From NCBI GenBank assembly GCA_944386845.1, contig CALXCP010000008.1, positions 1 to 52,432 on the forward strand: a stretch of DNA of 52,432 nt, written 5' to 3'. This document shows positions 36,564 through 48,100 of this stretch, one piece after another (position 1 is the first letter of the stretch; each line of letters begins with the position of its first letter). The notes beneath the pieces were generated by a model. That model saw only the letters and a list, made by a program, of their open reading frames with translations, made no database searches and was not told the DNA's origin. Source of the stretch: an uncultured Oscillospiraceae bacterium. GTDB lineage: Bacteria; Bacillota; Clostridia; Oscillospirales; Oscillospiraceae. The translations under genes and the position numbers were made by a program.

Positions 36564-36593
36564 TTGACAGAGACGGCGGAAATGGGGTAAAAT
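36564..36593 (+). promoter_or_regulatory. promoter TTGACA-18-TAAAAT
   Basis: Upstream of the lysA-like gene. Confidence 0.5.
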
Positions 36594-36625
36594 AACTGAT
36601 CATCACACCAAGAGGAGGCCCGCCC

Positions 36626-37894
36626 ATGAAACGGCCCTTTGTCACGAAAGAACAGGCGGAGGCCATCGCCGCCCGCTATCCCACCCCCTTCCATATCTAC
36701 GACGAGGGGGGCATCCGGGCCAACGCCCGGCGGCTGTACCGGGCCTTCGCCTGGGATCCCGGCTTCCGGGAGTACTTCGCCGTCAAGGCCACCCCCACCC
36801 CCGGCATCCTGAAGCTCCTGAAGGAGGAGGGCTGCGGGGTGGACTGCTCCTCCCTCACCGAGCTGATGATGGCCCAGCGCTGCGGCTTCCGGGGGGAGGA
36901 GATCATGTTCTCCTCCAACGACACCCCGGCGGAGGAGTTCGCCCTGGCCGCCCGGCTGGGGGCGATCATCAACCTGGACGACATCAGCCACATCGACACC
37001 CTGCTGGCGGCGGCGGGGTCGGTGCCCAGAAAGATCTGCTGCCGCTTCAACCCCGGCGGCGTCTTTCAGCTGGGGGAGAGCGAGGAGGGCTTCCAGGTCA
37101 TGGACAGCCCCGGGGACGCCAAGTACGGCATGACCCGGGAGCAGATCGCCCAGGCGTTCCGGCGGCTGAAGGAGCTGGGGGCGGAGGAGTTCGGCATCCA
37201 CGCCTTCCTGGCGTCCAACACCCTGTCCAACGACTACTATCCCGCCCTGGCCCGGATCCTGTTCCGGCTGGCGGTGGAGCTGAGGGAGGAGACGGGCTGC
37301 CGGGTCACCTTCATCGACCTGTCCGGCGGGGTGGGGGTGCCCTACCGGCCCGAGCAGCCCGAAAACGACATCGCCGCCATCGGCGAGGGAGTCCGCCGGG
37401 CCTATGAGGAGGTGCTGGTCCCTGCCGGTATGGGGGACGTGGCCCTGTGCACCGAGCTGGGCCGCTTCATGCTGGCCCCCTACGGGCACCTGATCACCCG
37501 GGTCATCCACGAGAAGCACATCTACAAGGACTATATCGGGGTGGACGCCTGCGCCGCCGATTTGATGCGCCCCGCCATGTACGGGGCCTACCACCACATC
37601 ACCGTCCTGGGTAAGGAGGACGTCCCCTGCACGCATAAGTACGACGTCACCGGCGCCCTGTGCGAGAACAACGACAAGTTCGCCGTGGACCGGATGCTCC
37701 CCGAGATCCGGGTGGGCGACCTGCTGGCCATCCACGACACCGGGGCCCACGGCCACGCCATGGGCTACCAGTACAACGGGCGGCTGCGCTCGGCAGAGCT
37801 GCTGCTCCGGCAGGACGGCTCGGTGACCCTGCTGCGCAGGGCCGAAACGCCGGAGGACTACTTCGCCACGGTGGTCTGGGATGCGGACGTTTAA
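36626..37894 (+). CDS. lysA: diaminopimelate decarboxylase (type III PLP-dependent decarboxylase family)
   Basis: YPTPFHIYDEGGIRANARRL...YFAVKATP (PLP-Lys region), EEGCGVDCSSLTEL, GG..V.Y motifs. 422 aa. Confidence 0.75.
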   Translation: MKRPFVTKEQAEAIAARYPTPFHIYDEGGIRANARRLYRAFAWDPGFREYFAVKATPTPGILKLLKEEGCGVDCSSLTELMMAQRCGFRGEEIMFSSNDTPAEEFALAARLGAIINLDDISHIDTLLAAAGSVPRKICCRFNPGGVFQLGESEEGFQVMDSPGDAKYGMTREQIAQAFRRLKELGAEEFGIHAFLASNTLSNDYYPALARILFRLAVELREETGCRVTFIDLSGGVGVPYRPEQPENDIAAIGEGVRRAYEEVLVPAGMGDVALCTELGRFMLAPYGHLITRVIHEKHIYKDYIGVDACAADLMRPAMYGAYHHITVLGKEDVPCTHKYDVTGALCENNDKFAVDRMLPEIRVGDLLAIHDTGAHGHAMGYQYNGRLRSAELLLRQDGSVTLLRRAETPEDYFATVVWDADV

Positions 37895-37985
37895 ACTTTG
37901 ACCGGAGATCCGAGATCCCGCATGAACGGCCTCCTTTTGGGGAAGGATAGGCATGTATCCCCAAAAAAGAGGAGGGAGTAGATCC

Positions 37986-38201
37986 ATGCTGATCGACAAG
38001 ATCGCGCTGGCGCTGGCCATCGTGGGCGGGCTGAACTGGGGAGCCGTGGGGCTGTTCCAGTTCGACCTGGTGGCCTTCCTGCTGGGAGGGCCGGACAGTG
38101 TGCTGAGCCGCGCCGTGTACACGGTGGTGGGCCTGGCGGCCATCTGGTGTATCTCGCTGCTGTTCCGGGACGCCGCCGACACGGCGGAGCACCGCACCTG
38201 A
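37986..38201 (+). CDS. DUF378 small membrane protein
   Basis: MLIDKIALALAIVGGLNWGAVGLFQFDLVAFL...VYTVVGLAAI pattern. RBS GGAGGGAG. Confidence 0.7.
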   Translation: MLIDKIALALAIVGGLNWGAVGLFQFDLVAFLLGGPDSVLSRAVYTVVGLAAIWCISLLFRDAADTAEHRT

Positions 38202-38205
38202 CCGA

Positions 38206-38238
38206 CAGCCCCCGCGGCACGCCGCGGGGGCTGTTTTC
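38206..38238 (+). terminator. rho-independent terminator
   Basis: CAGCCCCCGCGGC-AC-GCCGCGGGGGCTG followed by TTTT. Confidence 0.8.
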
Positions 38239-38341
38239 CCACCGGCAGAAAAACAGGAAAAACGGAAATCACAGTTGCAAAACGAGAGGATCTCTGGTAA
38301 ACTAAGTAAAGTTAAGCCCACAATGAGGAGAATCGAGCTGC

Positions 38342-39130
38342 ATGGAGAAAAATCTGAAGCTGGAGAAGGCCCGGCAGGAGGACTCCGCGCTGAACCGCGC
38401 CCTGCTCTGGGTGGCGGGCGCCATCATCCTGGAAGTCCTGCTGGTGCTGATCGACCGTTATTACATCAATTTTTATACTGACGAGCAGTCGGTGGCCCTG
38501 GCCCTGGGGCTCGGGACGGCGGTGCGGGTGTGCTGTGTGCTCTTCCTGGCGGTGTTCGTGGCCGGAGCTGTGTGGACAGGCCTGCGGTGGAAGAAAAAGG
38601 CCGCTCTGATGCTCCCCTGGGGGATCACCCTGGCCGGCTTCGCTCTGTTCGTATTCTTTGCCCTGATCTGGCGTTTCAACAGCGACGGAGTGGCCCTGCT
38701 GTATGTGATCATCCCCGCTGTGGCGGTGCTGGCCCTGGTGTACTACCTGTACCAGCGGGAGTGCTTCCTGGCGGTGGCCCTCACCGCCCTGGGCCTGCTG
38801 GGTATGTGGCTGGTGCGCAAGGGGAGCTACGGCCCCTATGCCACCCTCATCGACGTGTACCTGGCGGGGATGGCGGTGGTGTCTGTGCTGGCGCTGATCG
38901 CCCTGGCGCTGCTCCAGAAGCGGGGGGGCGTCCTGCCCCGGAAGGAGGGCGGCATCCGGGTGCTCCACAAGAAGACCAACTATCCGCTGCTGTACGTCAC
39001 CTGCGTGCTGATGCTGGCGGCCTTCGTGGCGGCGCTGGTGCTGGTCCCCACCCTGACCTATTATCTGATCTTCGCCCTCATCGCCTGGGCCTTCATCCTG
39101 GTGGTGTACTACACGGTGCAGATGCTGTAA
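38342..39130 (+). CDS. polytopic membrane protein, function unknown
   Basis: 262 aa, ~7 hydrophobic helices, no recognisable family. Confidence 0.55.
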   Translation: MEKNLKLEKARQEDSALNRALLWVAGAIILEVLLVLIDRYYINFYTDEQSVALALGLGTAVRVCCVLFLAVFVAGAVWTGLRWKKKAALMLPWGITLAGFALFVFFALIWRFNSDGVALLYVIIPAVAVLALVYYLYQRECFLAVALTALGLLGMWLVRKGSYGPYATLIDVYLAGMAVVSVLALIALALLQKRGGVLPRKEGGIRVLHKKTNYPLLYVTCVLMLAAFVAALVLVPTLTYYLIFALIAWAFILVVYYTVQML

Positions 39131-39153
39131 ACAGAACGACCTGCAAAGACGCG

Positions 39154-39185
39154 GCGCCCGGCCAAGCTGGCCGGGCGCTGCTTTG
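39154..39185. terminator. bidirectional terminator between convergent genes
   Basis: GCGCCCGGCCAAGCTGGCCGGGCGC palindrome with flanking T/A runs. Confidence 0.55.
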
Positions 39186-39195
39186 TCCTGTCCGT

Positions 39196-42100
39196 TTACT
39201 GCCAGCGCTCCCCGTCCTCGGTGAGGACGGCCCGGTGCTGCCACGCGGCCTCCATGATCTGGGGGAAGGCCCAGTGGCCGTCGCTGAGGTCCCGGAACAG
39301 CGCCTCCGTCTCCCCGTGGCTCTGGAGATAGCCGGTGTCGGGGGCGCGGTGGAGCATCCCGTTGACCACCACCACGGCCTCCGCCCGGGTGATGGGGGCG
39401 TCGGGGCGGAAGGTGCCGTCGGCGTAGCCGGTGACCCAGCCCTCCCGGACGGCGTAGTTGATGTAGGGATAGGCCCAGTGGCCGGCGGACACGTCGGCAA
39501 AGGCGTTCACCGTGTCCACCGGGGCATAGGCGGCAAACTGGGCGCACATGGTGACGAACTCCGCCCGGGTGATGGTGTCCTCCGGGGCGAACAGGCCGTT
39601 CCCCCGGCCGGCAGTGATGCCGTGCCGGTACAGGTAGTTGACAATGTCGTAGTACCAGTCGCCGGGGACCACGTCGTCAAAGGGGGCGGGCAGGCCGCCG
39701 GGCACCGGGTCGTCCCCGGCCAGCAGCCGGGCGAAGATGGAGGCCGCCTCTGCCCGGGTGATGTTTCCGTCGGGGCGGAAGGTGCCGTCCTCATAGCCCG
39801 CCACGTAGGGGCTGTGGGTGACGGCCTGGGAGCCGGCGCTCCCGCCCCCGCCGCCGCCGGAGGCGTAGACCACGGCGGACGCCGGGGTGACGTCGGGCAG
39901 CTCATAGTGGCCGGCGTCATAGCCGCCGGCGGCGGTGAAGGGTTCGGCCGTCAGGTCGATGGAGAACCGATAGGACGCGTCGCTGTTGGGGGCCTGGAAC
40001 ACGGCGGTATAGGTATTGGGGTCGGAGCCCTGGGTCAGGGACAGAGGCTCCAGGGCGGCCGCGCTGCCGCCGGAGACGGTGCGTGTGACGGTGAGCAGCT
40101 CCTCGCCGTCCAGGTCCACCCCCGCCGGCAGACCGGCGGCGGTCACCGTCAGGGTGATGGAGGTGCTCCCAGTGTGGGAGGCGGGGGAGGCGGCCACCGT
40201 CAGGGAGGGCCGGGCCCTGGAGACGGTCACCGTGACCGAGGACACCATGCCGGTGGAGTAGCTCCCCGTACCCGAGCCCTGGGCGGTGACGGTGTAGGTC
40301 CCGGGCTCGGCGATGGCGGCCCGGGCGTCATCCGCGGTGGCATAGCCGACCGCCGTTCCGTCGGGCCCGGTCACCGTGAGGGTGTAGTCGTTCCCCAGGA
40401 CCAGCTCGGCGTCGTTGTCGGTGAGCACCCGGATGGCGCCGGCGTCGGTGCCGCTGCCCCAGGTCCAGGCGGTGTTCTCCACCGTCAGCTGGAAGCGGAC
40501 GCCGCTGAGGGTCACGGTAAACTCGGCCGTCAGGGTGTCGCCGGTGTAGTTGCCCCGGCCGTGGACGGTGACGGAGGCGGTGCCCGCCGCGCCGTTGTCC
40601 GCGTAGGTGAGGGTGTAGTCGCCGCTGGCCAGAGCCGTGCCGTTTTTGTCCCGGACGGTGACGCCGGGCCGGGCCTCGCCCCCGGCGGTGATGAGCTGCT
40701 CGGAGATGGGGTCCACGGTGAAGCCGTTGGCCGCGCTGAGCTCCAGCGGCGCGATGGAGAAGGGCACCGCCGCCGTGCCGGTGAAGTTGTTGCTGCCTGT
40801 CTCGGCGGACACCACGGCGTAGCCCTGTCCGGCGTTTTTGTTGTTCTTCCAGGTAATGTCATAGTCGTCCGCCGTGATGTCCAGGTCTCCCAGGGTACCC
40901 CAGGCGACGGAGGTGACGCCGGGCGTCTGCGGCTCGCCGTCATAGACCAGCCCGTCGGCATCCAGGGCGATGTCCGCCCCGTCCAGGCTCCGCTTCTGGA
41001 CCAGGAACACGAAGGTGCCGGAGCCCTCTGTGCCGCCGCCCGCCTTGAGCGTGGCGGTGACCACATACAGCCCCGCCGGGGCGGGGGCGGCGCCGTTGAA
41101 CACGGCGTCGGGGTCATAGGTGCCCTTGTCCTGCACTGCGCCGCCCAGGGCGTCCTGATAGGTGTAGGTGAGGTCGTACAGCGCCGGGTCCAGGGGCAGG
41201 CCGGAACCGCTGGGGTCGGCCACCGAGATGGTCCCGTTGATGTCATCGCCGTAGACGGCCACCACCGGGGAGGCCGAGCCGTCGGCGGTCAGGGTCAGGC
41301 CGCCGGGGTCGGAGGCGGGCAGCAGGGTGTAGGTCAGGGTGACCGTGCCGGTGTAGCTGCCCGTGCCCGTCACCGCGACGGTGTGGCTGCGTACCTGGGT
41401 GAAGGTGAGGGTGTTGTCACTGCTTTCGGTACCGTCGCAGGAGAGGATATAGTCCTCCCCCAGGGTCAGGGCCTCGCCGCCGTAGGTCACGGTGACGGTG
41501 GCGGTGTTGGTTTCCGGGTCGCCGTAGGTGCCGTAGTAGCGGTCCAGGCTGGCGGTGAGGTAGCTGGCGTCCAGGGCGGTGACAGAGAAGCCCACGGTCC
41601 TGGTCCCGGTGTAGTTGCCGCCGCCCGTCAGGGTGAGGGTGTAGTCCCCCGCCGTCAGGGGAAGGTCGCTGCTGTCCAGGGAAGCCCCGCCGCCCACGGC
41701 GGCATAGGACGCGGTGTAGTCGGCGCCCGGCGTCAGGGCCATCCCCTTGTAGGTCAGCCGCACCGCCGCCGCCGGGTCGATGCCTGCCCCGGTGTAGGGG
41801 AGCTGGGCGCCTTCCGCCAGTCCGGTGAGGGCCACGTCTGCAGCCCCGAGGTCCTTGGCGGTGACCGTCACCGTCTGGATGCCGGTGGTGGAGGTATATC
41901 CCTCGGCCTGGAGCTGGAACCGGATGTCCAGCGAGCCCACATCGGTGATGGTGGGGGAGACAGCGGAGCTGTACCCGCCGCCGGTGCTGGTCTGATACCA
42001 GACGGTGGCGTTGTAGCTGCCGTCCACCGTGATTTGGCTGCCGTGGGGCTGACCGTCGTAGGGTACGGAGTAGGGAGCAGCCTGATACTCGATTTGACTG

Positions 42101-45100
42101 CCCTCGGCCACCACATTCAGGGTGTAGGTGGCCAGCTTGCTGTTGTAGTTGTCATCCCCCCCGTAATAGGCCTGGATGGTCGCGGTGCCCACCCTGTGGA
42201 GCTGCACCTGGGCGTGGGACTTGCTGACCACCGTGGCCACCGTGGTGTCCAGACTGGTGTACTCGACTTTATCCGTCAGCTCGTCGGGAAGGTCCCGCAG
42301 CGGGTCGCCCTCTGTCTCGTCGGTCCCATCGTAGGAGGTCACGGTGGGATATTCCTTTGTCAGCGTGTCATGGGCGAACCCGGTGAAGGGGTCGGCCTTG
42401 GCGATGGTGACGTCCACAGTCTGGCCGGTGATGTCGTCATAGCCGCTGTCGTCGAAGTCGGCGCTCCAGGTCACCCGGTAGTCCCCGGCGTCGGTGGCGG
42501 CGGGGAGACCGTTGACATCCTGCTGGGGCTGCATCTCGGTGTAGCTGCCGTTGGCGTTTCGTCTGCTCACCGACCAGGTGAGAGAGACGCCCACCCCCTC
42601 GGGGATGTATACCGTCACCAGCGCCTGGGGCTGGCCGGTGTAGGTGGCGTCCCGCCCCGTCACCGTCAGCCCGGAGGCCCCGCCCCCGGCGGGGTAGGTG
42701 GTGACCTGATAGGTCTTTTCCAGCGTGTTGAAATCGTCTCCCGTCACGGTCACGGTGATGGTGGCGGTCCGGCTGCCCTGGAGGGCGGTGACCCGGCCGT
42801 CCTTGTCCACGGAGACCGCATCCTCGTTGTCGGGGCGGTAAGTGAAGGTCAGCGCGCCGCGCTCCGTCTCGGTCAGCTCCTTGCCGTCGGCGCTGGCGTT
42901 GACCAGGGTCATGCCGTTGGCGCGGCTGTCCCCATAGGGGACGAAGAGGGGGTCGCTGGCAAAGGTCAGGCCCAGAGTGGCCCTGCTGACGGTGTAGGTG
43001 CCCCAGCTGTTTCCATCGGGGGCCTCGGGGGCCTCGCCCGTCCACGGGGTCTGCCCTTCGAAGGTGACGGCGTAGTTGCCCAGGTCCGCCCCCGACGCCT
43101 GGCCGGTGATGGCGTAGGAGCCCGCGCCGGAGCCTGTTTGCGCGTCGGTGGACAGGGTGATGGTCAGGTCGTCGTCGGAGACGATGTCATAGGTGCCGCT
43201 GCCCGACTTGACATCGTGGCCCAGCTGGCTGATCTCCTGCCCGTACAGCGACCCGGCGTCCCGGATCACGATGGTCACCGGCCGCCGGGTCACCGTGTAG
43301 GTGCCCGGCTTAAAGGTCACATTGTAGTTGCCGATTTCCCCGTTCTGCGTGGCGGTGATGGCGTATTTCCCATCGCCGTCCGGCCCGCCGTTTACGGTGA
43401 GTTTAGGGTCCTTGCCCTGGTCCACGGTGAGCAGGTCGCCGAACAGGTCCATGGGGTCCTGCCCCTGGACCATCCCGCTGTTGGGACCTTCATCAGTTTC
43501 ATCAGTGATATCCTCCAGACTGACCCCGGACAGGTCGGGCGTCACTCCATACACGCCGGTGTCCTTACCGATCTGGAGGGTCACCGGGCGGTGGGTGATG
43601 GCGAGGGCGGGGGCGGACACCGTGAAGGTGTAGTTGCCCGCCGTGCCGCCGGTCAGCTGGATTTGGCTCTCTGCCACCGTGACGGTCAGGTCATCCCCCA
43701 CATCGGCGCGGCTGGCCGTGCCGGCGGCGTCGGGGACCAGACTGGCGGTGAGGGTCTCGCCGTCCACCACGCCGCTGTCGGGATCGCCGGTCACGCCGGT
43801 GATCTCGACCGTGCCGGTGAGGGCCACATCGTCCGTGCCGTCGTAGACCTTTTTCTGATCGTCCAGCACGATCACCACGGGCCGCGCGGTGATTTTGCCG
43901 TCGGCGGTTTCGGTGACGGTGTTTTCGTTCCGGGCGAGGGTCTCGCCATCCTCATTTTGGAAGGCGTAGTTGCCCAGGTCCACGCCGTTTGCGGTGAGGG
44001 CGTAGGTGACGGTGATGGTCCTGTCGCCTACCCCGGTCCCGTCGTACGCGGCGGAGACGGACACGCCAATGGTCTCGCCGTTGACACCGGTCAGGGGGGC
44101 CGTGTCCATGGTGACCGCTGCGGTGTTCTTCCCGTCATAGACCTTTTCGGCGGTGAGATCAGCGGACAGGGTGAGGGGGACGGCGGTCACCGCGGCGGTG
44201 AAGCTTCCCGTGTCCGTCTGATAGCCGTCGGCGGTGATCTGATAGTACCAGGTCCCGCTGTCCGCCACGCCGGTCACGGTGGGCATGGCCTCGATATCAT
44301 AGGGGCCGCCCTCTGTTTTAGAGAACGCGATGCTATAGTCCGAACCGGGGGTGAGGGCCGCGCCCCCGTAGGATACCGTGATGGCGGCGGCGGGATGCTC
44401 GTCGCCGTCATATTCGTCAGTGTACCCGGTCACCGACACCGTCAGCTTCCCTTCCACCACGAAGATTTGGATGGGCTCGGACTTGGCGGCATCGTAGTTG
44501 GCGTCGCCGGGATAGGACACCACCAGCCAGCAGCCGCCCTCGTTGACCTGGCCGGGGGCGGTGGTGGAGCCGCCGTCGCCCGCCTGGGCGGCTTCCTGGG
44601 TGTCGTAGAAGGTGTAGACCAATTTGGTTTGGTCCGGCTGGGGCAGGCTCTTGTCCGACACCCCGGACACCGTGGCCTTGTCATAGCCGGTGATGGGGGA
44701 GCCGCCGTTGTAGGGGAAGGTGTTGCCGCCCTCTGCCGAATAGGCAGAGACATCGAGGACAGGGTCCGCCCGCTCCACCGTGACGGTGTAGGTGGTGGCG
44801 GATTTGGCCACATTGTCCGTCTTCTCCGCCGTGACGGTGACGGTGGCGGTGCCCGCCGCCAGGATGGTCACCTGGCCGCTGCTCTCGTCCACCGAGATGA
44901 CCTGGGTGCCCTCGGCCCCGTCGTTGGGGTCGTTGTCGGTGACCGCATAGCGGATGTCCGCCGTGGGGTCCAGCGTCCCTGCGCCGGTGACGGTGAAGCC
45001 CACGTCCCCGAGGGTCTTGGTGATATCGTCGTTCTCACCCAGGGTGGTCCCCTCGCTGGGGGTCAGGGTGATGTCCTGGCCGCTGGCCCCGGTGACGGTG

Positions 45101-48100
45101 AGGGCATATTCCAGCGGGCTGGGGTCGCCCTTGTAGTTCCCGCCGGCCCGGACAGTGACGGAGATGTCGTATGTCCCCGCCGCCACGATGTCATCCGGCT
45201 CCACGGGCTCCCCATCTCTTGTCACCGTGTAGACCAGCGTCCAGTCGCCCGCCGCCGCCGACTCACCGGCGATCTCCCCGGAGACGGCGGGGGCGGGGAT
45301 GCCGATGAGCTGGCCGGTGTAGGGCTTGGACAGCTGTGAAGCATCCGGCGCTTTCAGCGTCAGCGCCGCCTGTCCGATGGTGACCATGACGCGGGGGTTG
45401 GACTGGAAGGTGTAGTTGCCGTTCAGCGTGTAGCTTACCGCCAGCCAGTAGGTCCCGGCGTCCACCACCCGGGACACAGTCTCCGTGCCGGTCGAGTTGG
45501 TGTAATAGGTATACTGGGGATCGGCAGTTTCGCCGCTGAGCTCGTTCTTTTCTTCCAGGATCTGCGCGTTGGCGGCGCCGTAGTCGATTTGGATGTTGCT
45601 CTCATCAAAATCTTCCCCGGTGTAGACCGCAGAGGTGACAATGACCGTGGGGGCGGGGACAGCCTTGGGGGAGATGGTGTAGCTGCCCACGGTGTAGGCG
45701 GCCTGCTCCCCCTCTGCTTTCCCGTACCAGTAGAAGTTGTCCGCGTTTTCCACGGTGGCGATGGCCTGGTAAGTCGCGGCGTTGAGGGCCTGGGCGTTGG
45801 TGACCCGGAAGGCGGTGATATCGGTGCCGTCGATGGTCCCCACCATGGTTTGGGTGCCGTTGTCCCCCGCCTCGTAGGAGATGGTCACCTGGAAGTCGTC
45901 GATGCTGATGGACGGTGCCCGGACCCCCTGCTGGAGCCCCCCGTCATAGGTCAGCACCGCGTCCCCGGAGACCGCCATGGTGGGGGCCACCAGGGCGCGC
46001 CTGGCGATGGACCAGGAGAACTGGCGCTCCAGCGCCGTCTCGCCGTCCGCCCAGACGAAGTTGCCGCTGGCCAGCTCGGCGGTGGCGGTGTAGTCGCCGG
46101 CGTCGGTGGCCGCCGTAGTGCCGGTGAGGGCGTACTGGGTCTCGTCCTGTGGCTTGGAGACGCCGGTCTGCTCCGTGCCGTCATAGGTGAGGTCCGCCGA
46201 CACCGTGGGCAGGGGGACGGACTGCCGGGCGATGGTGACCTCGGTGGTCAGCGTTACGGTGTCGCCCTCTACCCCGGTGTTCTCGTTGGTGATGGTGACG
46301 CTGATCTCATAGGTGCCGGCCTCTGTCAGCTGGATGTCGTCGAAGGAGGACTCGGTCTCGGAGCTATCAAAGCTGCCGCTGGCGACTTGCTGGCCGCCCT
46401 TGGTGGCGGTCCAGTTCACCGTGGAGCCAAAGGGCACGCCGCTGAAGGAGACGGTGTCCATGTCTTTTCCGGAGTAGGTGAGGCTGGGGATGGGGGAGAT
46501 GGCGGCGTTCTGGATGTCCTGGGCCACGATGGTGTAGGGGTGGGTGATGGTCACTTCGCCGGTATCATTGTCGGCAGAATAGGAATAGCCGTCCGGGAGC
46601 TGGGCCGCGTCCGGGGCCGCGTAGGCGTCCGGGTCGAAGGTGTAGGTGACCCGCACCTGGCCGTCATTCAAAAGCGTGTCTCTGCTGGGGACGGTCCCGG
46701 ACCAGCCGGAGCCGTCGAAGTACTCCACCTTGGGATCCTCTGTCAGTGTGCTCCGGTCCGGTCCGCCGGAGACGGTGACCGCCTGGTCGGGGAGGTCGTC
46801 GCTGCGGTACACCAGGGTGCCGCTGAGACGCACGTCGTCGAAGGACAGGGAGATCTTGTCCACCGTGACCGCGACGGTGAGAGGGGCGTCGTTGAATTCG
46901 GTGACCTTATCGATGCCCTTGTAGTCGGCATAGGTCAGGGGGTCCGGGGTGAAGACCACCGCATAGGCGGACTGGTCCGCGGAGAGGTAGGCGTCCGGCT
47001 CCGCCCACGACAGGGTGCCGCCCGTCACCTCGGGCAGCTCCAGCTCGCCGAGGGTCTGCAGCGGGGTGCCCGAGAGGGACCCGGCGGAGGGGATGGTGAA
47101 GGTCACCTCAGCGGCCATGCCCTCGCCGTCGTGACGCCCATTTTCCTCGTTGGCGCAGGTGAAGGTGATGGTCCCGCCGCCGGTGAGGTCGGTGGTGGCG
47201 GCGGTCAGCTGATACTTGTGGCCCAGGGGCTCGTCCCCGCTGTTCTGGACGTACCGGCTGTGAAGCTCGTCCGGATGAAGGGCGCAGACGCTGTTGGCGC
47301 ACTCCTCGTAGAACGCGCCGTACTGGGTGCAGGTGGCGGGGCGGTACTTGTCCTCGATCCGCACCCAGTCGTGGTCGGGCAGCTTCGCCAGCGTCTCCAC
47401 CAGCTCCTTTTGGACGCCGTTGTAGGAATAGGTGTAGACGTTCTGCCCCTCGTGGGCGCAGGTGGCGGGATAGGACCTGTCCCCGTCCAGGGTCAGGGGG
47501 CTGGTCTCGCCCAGGTAGCAGATGTCCCCGCCCCCCGCCTCCAGCGCGGCGAGCACCTTCTCTTCTGCCAGGAAGATGGTGCCGATGAGGATCTGAGCCC
47601 CCTCGTTGTCCGGGTCGTCGATGTACTCCGAGTGGGCGTTGGCGATGCTGTCGCCGAAGGCGGCGTCGCCGATGGCATCATCTTTCGCCAGCGCGGTGCC
47701 CTGGATGGTCACCGTGGCCAGGTTCTTGTGGTTGAAGAAGGCCTTATCCCCGATGGAGGTGACGCTCTCCGGGATGGTGAGCGAGGTCAGCGGGGTGTCG
47801 GCGGCGCTGAGGCTGCGCTCAAAGGCGGACGCCCCGATGGAGAGCAGGGTGTCCGGCAGGGAGAGGGTCTGCACCGGGACGTTGTAGAAGGCGCTCGCCC
47901 CGATGGTCTCCGCCCCCTGGAGCACGATGTTGGACAGCTTGGAGCAGCCGTTGAAGGCGTCGTCCCCCACCGTTTTGATGTTGCTGGGGATGTTGACGGA
48001 GGTGAGGCCGGTGCCCGCGAAGGCGTAGGAGGGGATGGCGTTGAAGGCCGAACCGATGGGCAGGGTGACCCCGGTGAGCTTGGAGCAGCCGCGGAAGGCC